64,000 nucleotides of DNA from Methanobacteriota archaeon (GTDB lineage Archaea > Halobacteriota > Methanosarcinia > Methanosarcinales > Methanoperedenaceae). Positions 40,996 to 50,352 of the stretch are shown here, piece by piece; the stretch's first letter is position 1, and each line of letters begins with the position of its first letter. Location of the stretch: assembly GCA_963793805.1 (NCBI GenBank), contig CAWCBK010000017.1:9279-73278 (forward strand), read 5' to 3'. Under the pieces are notes generated by a model, which searched no databases, had not been told where the DNA came from, and saw nothing but the letters and a program-made list of their open reading frames with translations. The position numbers were made by a program, and so were the translations under genes.

Positions 40996-41655
40996 ATGAG
41001 TGAACTTATGGATATATTATCTCTTAAAAAACTTGCACAATTGGGGGCTCACAATAAGCCTCTTGAAATCTCATCTGTGGAATTCGCATCTCATATAGAT
41101 ACAAGTCCCCAGACTGCGGCAAGGAAGCTAAAAAGCCTTGAAGATGAAATGTTCATAACGCGGCAGATACTGCATAGCGGGCAGCTTGTCAGTATAACAA
41201 AGAATGGTATTGGGGCGCTGCAAAAAGAGTTCAATGATTATCGTACGATATTTTCGGGCAATGGACAAAAAAAAATCCTGACTGGAAAGGTAATCACAGG
41301 ACTGGGAGAAGGGCAGTATTATATTTCACTTGCCGGGTACAGACAGCAGTTCATCGAAAAACTCGGGTTTACACCCTTCCCGGGCACTCTGAACATAAAA
41401 CTTGACCCTGCCAGTATCGGGATCAGAAAAGGAATAAGCGCAGACATTAAGATCGCAGGATTCACAACAGAGAACAGGACTTTTGGCAGCGGCTCCTGCT
41501 TTAATGTAATGATAGATGATGTAAAAGGAGCGGTTATCGTTCCTGAGCGCACTCACTATCCAGAGGACATAATCGAGATAATCGCACCCGTGAACCTGAG
41601 GGAACATCTAAATATCAGGGACGGCAGCGCTGTTGAAGTGGAGGTAATAAAATGA
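40996..41655 (+). CDS. ribK: CTP-dependent riboflavin kinase with N-terminal HTH
   Basis: SPQTAARKL HTH; GLGEGQYY, PFPGTLN, PERTHYP. Confidence 0.92.
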   Translation: MSELMDILSLKKLAQLGAHNKPLEISSVEFASHIDTSPQTAARKLKSLEDEMFITRQILHSGQLVSITKNGIGALQKEFNDYRTIFSGNGQKKILTGKVITGLGEGQYYISLAGYRQQFIEKLGFTPFPGTLNIKLDPASIGIRKGISADIKIAGFTTENRTFGSGSCFNVMIDDVKGAVIVPERTHYPEDIIEIIAPVNLREHLNIRDGSAVEVEVIK

Positions 41656-42338
41656 GTCTTGAAAAAGCTAAAGAAGCTCTCAGAAATGGAAAAATGATAC
41701 TACTATACGATGCAGATGATCGTGAGGGAGAGACTGATCTTGTCATACCCGCGATATGTACCACCCCTGCTGACGTTGCACGTATGCGATGCGATGGCGG
41801 AGGGCTGATCTGCGTTGCAGTTCATGGAGATGCGGCAGACAGACTGGGACTGCCGTTCATGTCCGAACTTTTAAAAAGCGTTTCACTTAATGGCCATAGC
41901 TCGTTACGTTCAATGGTTGAAAAGAAAGGCGATATCCCTTACGACTCTCGTTCCTCTTTCTCCCTCTGGGTAAACCACAGGGATACTTTCACCGGGATTA
42001 CAGACAACGACAGGGCGTTTACCATAAAAAAGGTAGGGGAGACCGTAGAGAAAGTTATGAAAGGTGAGAAGCTGGATTTTGGCATGGAATTCAGGTCCCC
42101 GGGTCATGTTGCCCTGCTTCGCGCAGCGTCAGGTCTTCTTGATGAGCGCCGCGGACAGACTGAGCTTTCGATACAGCTTGCACTGATGGCAGGGATTACT
42201 CCTTCGATGGTAGTCTGCGAGATGCTGGACGGTTGTACCGGAAAAGCCCTGTCCAAAGAGGACGCCAGGAAATACGGGATCAGGCATCATATGCCTTTTA
42301 TCGAGGGCAGGGACTTATTAAAGGTAAGCATCATCTGA
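41652..42338 (+). CDS. ribB: 3,4-dihydroxy-2-butanone-4-phosphate synthase
   Basis: DDREGETDL, TGITDNDR, FRSPGHV, RRGQTE, CEML. Confidence 0.95.
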   Translation: MSLEKAKEALRNGKMILLYDADDREGETDLVIPAICTTPADVARMRCDGGGLICVAVHGDAADRLGLPFMSELLKSVSLNGHSSLRSMVEKKGDIPYDSRSSFSLWVNHRDTFTGITDNDRAFTIKKVGETVEKVMKGEKLDFGMEFRSPGHVALLRAASGLLDERRGQTELSIQLALMAGITPSMVVCEMLDGCTGKALSKEDARKYGIRHHMPFIEGRDLLKVSII

Positions 42339-42753
42339 CCTTTTCGTCCCCTGCTTCACCTGGTGAATTACGGCTATCAATTAACTTCTGGGCTTTCATG
42401 TCCCAGATATCATCCAGTATAGCAGAAGTTATAGCTCCCCTTTCCACCACTACTTTTGCTTTATGATCGGTTATCACAGTTGCCACTACCGCATCTTTCC
42501 TGTCGCCGTAACCTGAATTCCTGCTCTGGTATTCAAAATGGAATTCAAGGCAAAGTGTACAATTGAGAGGAATTGTCCCTGTTAATTTGAATGTTTCGGG
42601 AATACCGTCGAATTTATAGGTAGCTTCATTCTTTACAAAGTTCGATGCAATCAAAGCATTGCCATCTTCTGTTAAATTTAGCAAGGCAAATGTCGCAACC
42701 AGCGCCAATGAAAGAATAACCGAAATTACCAGAAGTTTTCGGGTATTGTTCAT
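42331..42753 (-). CDS. Hypothetical secreted or membrane-anchored protein
   Basis: N-terminal TM; TYKFDGI, SRNSGYGDR, WDM. Confidence 0.7.
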   Translation of the reverse strand: MNNTRKLLVISVILSLALVATFALLNLTEDGNALIASNFVKNEATYKFDGIPETFKLTGTIPLNCTLCLEFHFEYQSRNSGYGDRKDAVVATVITDHKAKVVVERGAITSAILDDIWDMKAQKLIDSRNSPGEAGDEKVR

Positions 42754-42787
42754 AAAATACCTTTTCCCCACTCCCATTTTGAAGGAA

Positions 42788-43162
42788 TTATTTACTTAAT
42801 TCTTTCAGGCGTTTGATACTTGCCATCATAGCCTGGGATTCTTTTTTCTTCTGGTTCTCCAGATATTCTATAATTTCCTCTATGCCTGTCTTGAGTTGAT
42901 ATATCTTATACGGTCTGCCTTTTCCCGGCTTCTTCTCTTCCCTTTCTCCTATCCAGCCGAGTTCTTCAAGTTCACGCATTGCTATGCTGACTTCAGGCTG
43001 CCTCAGGTCAGAACCCATCTCAAGGTCCCTGGAAGTAACTTCTTTAACGTTTTTCAAATATGTAAGCACTTTTGCTACATTTCTCTTTAATCCTAAATCG
43101 ATGAGTGTATCAGCGAATTCTTCGTCCGATTTGTCAAGGACATTTACTGAAAGACTTTTCAT
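42788..43162 (-). CDS. Winged-HTH transcriptional regulator
   Basis: TSRDLEMGSDLRQPEVSIAM, GKGRPYKIY. Confidence 0.85.
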   Translation of the reverse strand: MKSLSVNVLDKSDEEFADTLIDLGLKRNVAKVLTYLKNVKEVTSRDLEMGSDLRQPEVSIAMRELEELGWIGEREEKKPGKGRPYKIYQLKTGIEEIIEYLENQKKKESQAMMASIKRLKELSK

Positions 43163-43429
43163 AAACATTTCACCCTTCGATTAAATGTATTCATGGAATA
43201 TAAATCTTACGTTTTAATATTAACCATCTATGAAAAGTTATCAAATAAAAAAAAGGTCGACCCATTTCGAATAGTAATCATATTATAATGATGTTTATGT
43301 TAATGATGTGCATTTATATATTATTATTACTTTTTTATCATTACCAATATTTCAGTGGGACATTATTCTTTATTCACTGTCAATCAAAACACATATATCC
43401 ATTGTTTTCCTTAAGGAACTGGGATTTAC

Positions 43430-44302
43430 ATGGAGCAGTTAATTTATTTCAATGGAAAATTCGTACCAAAACAAGAGGCGAGAACCTCAGTTTACGACCA
43501 CGGTTTCTTATACGGCGATGGTGTTTTTGAAGGAATAAGAGCATATAACGGCAGGGTATTCAGGCTTGATGAACACCTTGACAGATTGTATGACTCTGCA
43601 AAAGCGATAGACCTTAAGGTTCCGCTTTCAAAAGAAGAGATGAAAAAAGCCATTATAGAGACCCTGAAAAAGAATGGATTGAAGGACGCATATATTCGCC
43701 CCATTGTTACAAGAGGTGACGGTGACCTGGGTCTTGACCCCAGGAAATGCTCGGTTCCAAATGTGTTTATCATCACACAGGAATGGGGCGCCATGTACGG
43801 TGACCTTTATGAGAAAGGTCTGACAGGAGTCACCGTTGGCATAAGAAGAAATGCGCCGGAAGCTTTACCGCCAAACATTAAATCGATGAATTACCTGAAT
43901 AACATACTTGCAAAGATCGAAGCGAACGTGAAAGGCGGCGATGAAGCGATAATGATCGATGTCCATGGCAACGTATCTGAAGGCTCAGGCGACAATATAT
44001 TTGTTGTAAAGAATGGCAAGATCATTACGCCGCCGACCCTTAACAATCTTCGCGGTATAACGCGCGCTGCTGCCATAGAACTTGCCATAAAAGACAGGAT
44101 ACCGGTAACAGAGACCAATATGGGTCTGTTCGATATCTATACTGCGGATGAGGTATTTGTTACGGGCACCGCGGCTGAGATAGCCCCCATGACAAAAGTC
44201 GACGGGCGCATTATCGGGGAAGGCAAACCCGGTCGTATAACGAGGAAATTAATGGCAGAGTTCAAGGAATTGACAAAAAAAGAAGGTACGCCCATCGTAT
44301 AA
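43430..44302 (+). CDS. ilvE: Branched-chain amino acid aminotransferase
   Basis: [41 protein letters not shown]. Confidence 0.95.
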   Translation: MEQLIYFNGKFVPKQEARTSVYDHGFLYGDGVFEGIRAYNGRVFRLDEHLDRLYDSAKAIDLKVPLSKEEMKKAIIETLKKNGLKDAYIRPIVTRGDGDLGLDPRKCSVPNVFIITQEWGAMYGDLYEKGLTGVTVGIRRNAPEALPPNIKSMNYLNNILAKIEANVKGGDEAIMIDVHGNVSEGSGDNIFVVKNGKIITPPTLNNLRGITRAAAIELAIKDRIPVTETNMGLFDIYTADEVFVTGTAAEIAPMTKVDGRIIGEGKPGRITRKLMAEFKELTKKEGTPIV

Positions 44303-44316
44303 GTTATTATCAGAAT

Positions 44317-44682
44317 TTACGAAACCAGCAGAAAATACAGGTTGTTCAGGTTGATGAACACATACATAAAGATCAATCCTGCCATTGTATTTTTTGCAAG
44401 TCTGTGGCTGTTTTCAGGTATATGGTACATCGTGTACATAATGAGAAATACCATTGTCAGTTTGACAGGAATGAACCAGTCATTGCCATAAAATGGATTG
44501 ACTTCCTTAATATCAGGATTTTTAAGTGCATAATGTGTCAGAATAAGGTCTGATATCTGAAGAAATGTGAATATCAGTCCAAATAAAATTATGAATTTTA
44601 TGTATCTTGACCTGTCATGATGACCGGCTTTGAAGTAATATTCCCTTACACCATTTATCCAATCATTTTTCAAGACAGTCAT
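44317..44682 (-). CDS. Small membrane protein (DUF5658-like)
   Basis: DLILTHYAL...EVNP...K motif; 3 TM. Confidence 0.65.
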   Translation of the reverse strand: MTVLKNDWINGVREYYFKAGHHDRSRYIKFIILFGLIFTFLQISDLILTHYALKNPDIKEVNPFYGNDWFIPVKLTMVFLIMYTMYHIPENSHRLAKNTMAGLIFMYVFINLNNLYFLLVS

Positions 44683-44857
44683 ACGTCACCATTCCTTCCA
44701 TGAATCTTTATATACATAAATATATCGAATTGTTTTTATAATTATAGTAATTGTTATTATGATGTGAATTTTTGACTGAAAGTTAAGTGACAGAATACGC
44801 CAGAATAGCAGGAAACAATAAAATATATCATCAATGAACAGAAACATTAGAATGATC

Positions 44858-45265
44858 ATGAATTTCACAAAAATCCAGATATCTGCCGATTCCCAGAGCG
44901 AGGATATCGCCCCCTTTGCGTTTGCGGTACATGAGCTGTTAGGTCTTCCTGTAACCATGAGAACCCTTAATAAAAAAGGCGTAAGGATAGAAAGGGGAAA
45001 AATCCTTGATACTGATTATTCAGGTCCGGTGCTGGAACAGGTCTTAAAAGAGAACAAACTCGTGCGTAAGATTCCCACAAGCGGTAAATATTCCGGTATC
45101 CCTGTCGTTGTCGTACCTATAAGGAACAAAGAAGGTTACGGGGTCGCAGCTCTTGGCGTTGTGGACGTTGTGGGTACGGTGGATCTTGGTTTTATCTTCG
45201 GGGATTATCCTGAAGTCGTAAAGCAGGTACAGGAATGCGTAAGGTCAAGAGTAGCAGTTCCTTGA
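44858..45265 (+). CDS. DUF2111-family methanogen protein
   Basis: HELLGLPVTMR...GVRIERGK...YSGPVLE...G.YSG.PV.VVP. Confidence 0.8.
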   Translation: MNFTKIQISADSQSEDIAPFAFAVHELLGLPVTMRTLNKKGVRIERGKILDTDYSGPVLEQVLKENKLVRKIPTSGKYSGIPVVVVPIRNKEGYGVAALGVVDVVGTVDLGFIFGDYPEVVKQVQECVRSRVAVP

Positions 45266-45708
45266 AACCGGTCATACGCCGGGCTAAGAAAGAGGACTTG
45301 CCAGCTATTCTGGAACTTGAGAAAATATGTTTTAAAGAAGAAACGTTCCATAAAAAGCAGCTTGAATATCTGCTTTTAAAAGCAAGATCTCTTTTCCTTG
45401 TAGCTTCTGCTGAAGGGGAAATTATTGGTTCAATAATTATCCTGTTAAGAAAACACATATCAAATGCCAGGATATATTCCCTGAACGTTCATCCTTCATA
45501 CAGGCGCATCGGTATCGGAAGTTTACTCATGGAGCGCGGTGAAGCATTGGTGTCAAAGATGGGATACAGGAATTTCACGCTTGAAGCAGGTATTAATAAT
45601 ATTGCAGCCCAGAATCTGTATACCTCAAAAGGCTTTTCAGTGGAACGAAGAATTGAAAAATATTATAAGAATGGCGACGATGCGCTTCGTTTCATCAAAA
45701 AATTATGA
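45262..45708 (+). CDS. GNAT acetyltransferase (RimI-like)
   Basis: RIYSLNVHPSYRRIGIGSLL, AQNLY...GF, YYKNGDDA. Confidence 0.85.
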   Translation: MKPVIRRAKKEDLPAILELEKICFKEETFHKKQLEYLLLKARSLFLVASAEGEIIGSIIILLRKHISNARIYSLNVHPSYRRIGIGSLLMERGEALVSKMGYRNFTLEAGINNIAAQNLYTSKGFSVERRIEKYYKNGDDALRFIKKL

Positions 45709-46563
45709 TGCCAGCGCATTGATGATCTTTTCATATATATCCTGGTCTATCGTATCTTCGAAACCCTGGTAAATGCTGGGATTATCATTGATCTCGATAA
45801 CCCTGTATCCATCTTTCGTTTCCTTCACATCAAGTCCGTAAAGTCCGTCGCCCACGCATTTAGAAAGACTTATGCAAATGTCTTTCAATTCCTGTGATAT
45901 GGAATCCTTTGGCACTGCAATAGTATCGCCCCAAACATTCCTTCCATTTATCTTTGATTTAACTTTCCATCCTCCTTCAGGGATACAGTACTTGCACAGG
46001 TACAATATTTCATTTTTAAGTACTCCGACACGCCAGTCAAAATCCGATCGTATGTATTCCTGCACTATCACTACTTTCGATTTTCTAAGGAATTTTTTTG
46101 AAATATTGATAAATTCTTCCATGTTATTTGCCTTTTCAACATGAGAGGAGAAACGGGTATATGGTGATTTAATAATAACTGGTGTTCCAAGCATGTCGAA
46201 TATTTCCTTAATTGAATTTTCTTCACCTGTGAACAGCACGGATTTTGGAGATGGTATTTTATTTTTATTGAAGAGATCATGAAGTATCGCCTTGTTCGAG
46301 CACGTCCTGATAGAATGCGGGTCATCGATTACCTTGAGTCCATGCTGTTGTGCAAGCCTTGAGGCGATATAAGCGGAATTGCCAGGATCTGTCGTTGCCC
46401 TTATAAATAAAGCATCGTACTGTGGTATTTCTGGAATTTTGTCCTTAAAGATAAATTCGAACGAGTGCCCCAGGGATTCAGCGGTCGATCTGAACTTTGA
46501 AAGAGCGCCTCGCTCTGATTTATCGTTGAAGTTATAGGCTTCTACAAAACATGCTAATTTCAT
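45703..46563 (-). CDS. RimK-family ATP-grasp peptide ligase
   Basis: YDALFIRATT, VIDDP, QEYI..DFDWRVGVL, LYGLDVK, IEINDNP. Confidence 0.88.
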   Translation of the reverse strand: MKLACFVEAYNFNDKSERGALSKFRSTAESLGHSFEFIFKDKIPEIPQYDALFIRATTDPGNSAYIASRLAQQHGLKVIDDPHSIRTCSNKAILHDLFNKNKIPSPKSVLFTGEENSIKEIFDMLGTPVIIKSPYTRFSSHVEKANNMEEFINISKKFLRKSKVVIVQEYIRSDFDWRVGVLKNEILYLCKYCIPEGGWKVKSKINGRNVWGDTIAVPKDSISQELKDICISLSKCVGDGLYGLDVKETKDGYRVIEINDNPSIYQGFEDTIDQDIYEKIINALAS

Positions 46564-46569
46564 ACAGGT

Positions 46570-47217
46570 TCAGTTCTTTCGTTTTATTTCATGCAATTTT
46601 TCGTGAACCAGGTCCCACTTTACTTCATTTTTAAGTGCCGGTTCACAGTGGTTCAGGATAACACTCCCATCTTCTATCTGCACTATTAGTTTACAGATGG
46701 GGATATTGAATATCTCATAGAATTTTTTTGTGAACCCGCTTGTTTCCTCACATGTAGATTCACCGAACATCTGCACGATTTCATGAACCTCGCCTTTGAC
46801 TGGATGAAGTGATACCGGGAATCTGGCGTTCATGCTCATTTTTTTTATCATTTCTTCCAGTTTAGAGCTTGAGTTTACTATCTTCATCGAGTTATTGGTA
46901 AAAGGATTTACTGCGAACATCATTACTGGCGTATTCAGGTCATCAAAAGCTTTTGTAATAAGCCTGTAGCCAGATGTTTGCAAACCATTCCTTCTTGCCT
47001 TCTCGATCAGTAACGGGTTCCTGTATGCATCCATAATTTCTGTACAATCCGGTGTGACTTCCACTCCATAGGTTTCAGCATGCGCAGATACATAATATCC
47101 CATCCGCAGGTAGCGGTAGTCATGGTTGACATTAAGTACGGTATCGTACACTGGTTGCCTTAAAAAAAGAAACGGACTAGAGTCACTTTCATCTTCTTCT
47201 TCACTGACTATTATCAT
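46570..47217 (-). CDS. RimK-like ATP-grasp N-terminal (RLAN) domain protein
   Basis: VLNVNHDYRYLRMGYYVSAHAE..G..V.P matches the RLAN signature; operonic with the ligase. Confidence 0.75.
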   Translation of the reverse strand: MIIVSEEEDESDSSPFLFLRQPVYDTVLNVNHDYRYLRMGYYVSAHAETYGVEVTPDCTEIMDAYRNPLLIEKARRNGLQTSGYRLITKAFDDLNTPVMMFAVNPFTNNSMKIVNSSSKLEEMIKKMSMNARFPVSLHPVKGEVHEIVQMFGESTCEETSGFTKKFYEIFNIPICKLIVQIEDGSVILNHCEPALKNEVKWDLVHEKLHEIKRKN

Positions 47218-47300
47218 TTTAGATATCAGTCCACTGCATTACAATTAAATGCTAGGTATAAATAACTAACGAGTGCAAAGGTCTGTTTCGCATGAAAATA

Positions 47301-47747
47301 TTATCTTGAGAACTCAGGAAGCTCATGAGGGCGATATTTTTTATTTATTGATGATTTTAACACTAAATACCAATTATAGGCAAATAATACAAAACTGATA
47401 AATCCAAGCATTTCCAGTAATTCAGTAAATATCATAACATTGGCAATGCCTGTCCCTTCAATGACCTTATGTCCCATGAAAAATACAGTAAAAGAAAAGA
47501 CATATATGCAGTTCCTTTTGAAGAAAGATTCATTGATTAATGTATTTATCTTAAATTCATCTTTAATGACATCTTTCCATAAGAACCATATCTGGATAGC
47601 GAAGTATATGAATGTCAAATACAAAGCGAATATAATAAACTCTATAAATTTATATATTACAAATTCATCCAAATCCAAACACTTCCTGTCCTGATAGGTT
47701 CTTTTCTCTTTAATGGATATAAATGTTTCGGAACTGTTAAATGTCAA
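47301..47747 (-). CDS. Hypothetical membrane protein (3 TM)
   Basis: Hydrophobic segments; AT-rich; start uncertain. Confidence 0.55.
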   Translation of the reverse strand: MTFNSSETFISIKEKRTYQDRKCLDLDEFVIYKFIEFIIFALYLTFIYFAIQIWFLWKDVIKDEFKINTLINESFFKRNCIYVFSFTVFFMGHKVIEGTGIANVMIFTELLEMLGFISFVLFAYNWYLVLKSSINKKYRPHELPEFSR

Positions 47748-47840
47748 AATTTAGAGGAAAAAATTTTCGGCACGAAAATGACCGCACTAATAGAAAACAA
47801 GAAATAAAACTATATATAATCATCAATAATAGTTTTGTTG

Positions 47841-48491
47841 ATGGAATTTAAAGACTGGTCACCCATATACGAAGAAATAATCCGGGATTTCGGCTGGACA
47901 AAGGAGAAAGATGAGGAGGCTGCAAAGCTCTTATCCCGCCTGCTCGCCGGAAAATCCGGTAATGTATCCATCCTCAGGAAAAAGATCGAAGGAAAAGATG
48001 TTCTTGTATGCGGTAACGCTCTCACGCTATCAAACGACCTTGACAGGATCGCTGCGGACAAATATCTGGTAATCGCAGCAGACGGCGCAACGAGCACACT
48101 TCTTGAAAAAGGCATATTTCCTGATATAATTGTGACCGATCTTGACGGCTATATCCCGGATGAGATAAAGGCAAACAGGAATGGTGCAATTATAGTGGTG
48201 CATGCTCATGGCGATAATATGAGCCGTCTTGATAATGTCAGGAATATGAGAGATGCTATCGGGACAACACAGGCAGAGCCTTTAGAAAATATACATAACT
48301 TCGGAGGATTAAGCGACGGGGACAGGTGCGTTTTCCTGGCTCATGAATTTGGAGCAAGTAGCATTACTCTTGCTGGGTTTAATTTCCGGGATGAAAAAGT
48401 GACTGATATCAAGAAGAAAAAGCTCAAATGGGCAAAGAAGCTTATCAGTATGATACCCGGTGTCATTAATTTTGAGATGCCTCAAAATTAA
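47841..48491 (+). CDS. mptE: 6-hydroxymethyl-7,8-dihydropterin pyrophosphokinase
   Basis: IAADGAT, IVTDLDG, VHAHGDN, TTQ, NFGGLSDGDR. Confidence 0.9.
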   Translation: MEFKDWSPIYEEIIRDFGWTKEKDEEAAKLLSRLLAGKSGNVSILRKKIEGKDVLVCGNALTLSNDLDRIAADKYLVIAADGATSTLLEKGIFPDIIVTDLDGYIPDEIKANRNGAIIVVHAHGDNMSRLDNVRNMRDAIGTTQAEPLENIHNFGGLSDGDRCVFLAHEFGASSITLAGFNFRDEKVTDIKKKKLKWAKKLISMIPGVINFEMPQN

Positions 48492-48614
48492 AAATCAGGT
48501 TCAATAGAATGTGGGTTTTTTAAAGACAACGTTGAAAAGAGCCCTAATTTTTTATCACGTAAACTATATATTTAAGCAAGACATTATTTATAATTATCAT
48601 AATGAGGGACAAAT

Positions 48615-49652
48615 ATGGCATCAAAAAATACAGAAAAAAACCCGCCTGCCGGGTCGAAAGTTATGTTCATCGGTGTGGATCTGGGTACGAACCATACTGC
48701 AATATCAACGAGCGAGGGTAAGAAAAACAGCATTTTTAGCGTCGTAGGGACTCCAAAAGATGCAGTTGCATCAAAATTCCTTAAAAAGGAACACCTGTTT
48801 GGTGAGGAAGCGCTCACTCACAGGGTAGCCCTGAACCTGTTTAAGCCCATCGAGGATGGCGTACTGAAAAACCAGCCTGAGGAAATAGATGCTGCTAAAG
48901 GATTAATTGAGCATGTTCTCAACTCTGTTGATGGGAACAAGGAACTAAAAAAATATGCGATTATAGGAGTACCTGCCAGGGCAAGCGTACTCAGTAAGAA
49001 GATCGTAATGGATATGGCTGATGAGTTCTTTGACGGCGTAATGGTGGCAAGCGAACCATTCTGTGTGGCTTACAAGCTTGGAAAACTAGAGCACACGCTT
49101 ATCGTTGATATAGGCGCGGGCACCACTGACCTGTGCCGTGTGCATGGGACTTTGCCGGGTTCTGAGGATCAGATAAGCACTAACAAAGCAGGGAATTACA
49201 TTGACAGGGAATTCGTCAGGCTCCTTCAGGACAGCTATACCGACGTGAGGGTAACGCTTGAGATGGCAAGGAAATGGAAAGAACAGTATTCATTCGTTGG
49301 AAAAATTGAAAAGAATATTATCGTTGAATTACCGGTTAATTCCTCTATCCTAAAACTCTCGGTCGCAAAAGAATTGAAACAGGCATGCGAATCCATTATA
49401 CCTGACATTATTTCAGGAATTTCGAAACTTATTTCGACTTATGAACCAGACTTCCAGGATACCCTGCGCTCAAATATATATCTTGCAGGCGGAGGCAGCC
49501 AGATCAGGAACCTGCCGGAAGTGCTCGAAATGCACCTTGAACTAATCGGAGGAGGCAAAGTTTCGATCTTCAAAGACCCGGTTTACGGCGGTGCAGATGG
49601 GGCTCTTAAGCTTGCAATGGATATGCCCAGGGAGTTCTGGCAGACATTATAA
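48615..49652 (+). CDS. Actin-like ATPase (MamK/MreB-related)
   Basis: GVDLGT, IGVPA, SEPF, VDIGAGTTD, KAGNYID, KE, LAGGGS, GADGALKLA.DMP..W. Confidence 0.88.
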   Translation: MASKNTEKNPPAGSKVMFIGVDLGTNHTAISTSEGKKNSIFSVVGTPKDAVASKFLKKEHLFGEEALTHRVALNLFKPIEDGVLKNQPEEIDAAKGLIEHVLNSVDGNKELKKYAIIGVPARASVLSKKIVMDMADEFFDGVMVASEPFCVAYKLGKLEHTLIVDIGAGTTDLCRVHGTLPGSEDQISTNKAGNYIDREFVRLLQDSYTDVRVTLEMARKWKEQYSFVGKIEKNIIVELPVNSSILKLSVAKELKQACESIIPDIISGISKLISTYEPDFQDTLRSNIYLAGGGSQIRNLPEVLEMHLELIGGGKVSIFKDPVYGGADGALKLAMDMPREFWQTL

Positions 49653-50243
49653 ATGCAAACGGAAATCAGGGAAGATACTAACGAAAAAATACTTGAACAG
49701 TGGCTCAGGTTCATGCTTGAGAGAGTCGGGCATAACAACCTTCCACTTCTCCTTGATCACTATGAGGATATTGGCTGGATAAGCTCGAATGTATCGGATA
49801 AGTTGATCGAACTTGCCGAATCTCAAAAACAGCGCTATGTGGGGCCTTCCTGGACGCTCTCTGCCGAAGAACACCGTGTCTCAATGCTCTTTATCGAAAA
49901 GCTCCAGGGAAAGCCCGTTGAGATATCGGTTCTTTCTACCATTGCTCCAAAAAAGGCAAAGCTGCAGCAGATTGAAAGGGCGGCTCCAAGGGAGGGTTAT
50001 ATCGAGTCGCACAGGCTTGAGAAGGAGGATCTTGAGTTTGCGGTGCAGCGCCGTGAAGTTACAATAAGGAACCTGGAGGTAGAAATTGAAAAAAAGGATG
50101 CCGATATCAGCAAGCTGAAAGAAAATATTCAGGAACTTGAGTATCAGCTAAATGAAAGCAGGGATGAGGTTAAAAACCACAGGATTTACAGGGGTGTGCT
50201 GGAAGAAAATATCAGATTGAAACAGACGGATATTGTTAGATAA
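49653..50243 (+). CDS. ArlD/E (FlaD/FlaE)-domain protein with C-terminal coiled coil
   Basis: WLRFMLERVG.....LLDHYEDIGWIS ... LSAEEHRVSMLFIEKLQG; heptad-rich C-terminus. Confidence 0.8.
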   Translation: MQTEIREDTNEKILEQWLRFMLERVGHNNLPLLLDHYEDIGWISSNVSDKLIELAESQKQRYVGPSWTLSAEEHRVSMLFIEKLQGKPVEISVLSTIAPKKAKLQQIERAAPREGYIESHRLEKEDLEFAVQRREVTIRNLEVEIEKKDADISKLKENIQELEYQLNESRDEVKNHRIYRGVLEENIRLKQTDIVR

Positions 50244-50352
50244 TATTATCAAATGATTTGTTAGTAAACTTTACTATTATATAATTACATATAATAAACA
50301 TCAATATGTCATCTACGAAATGTGAAAATCGAAAATAAGACAGAGGGATACA

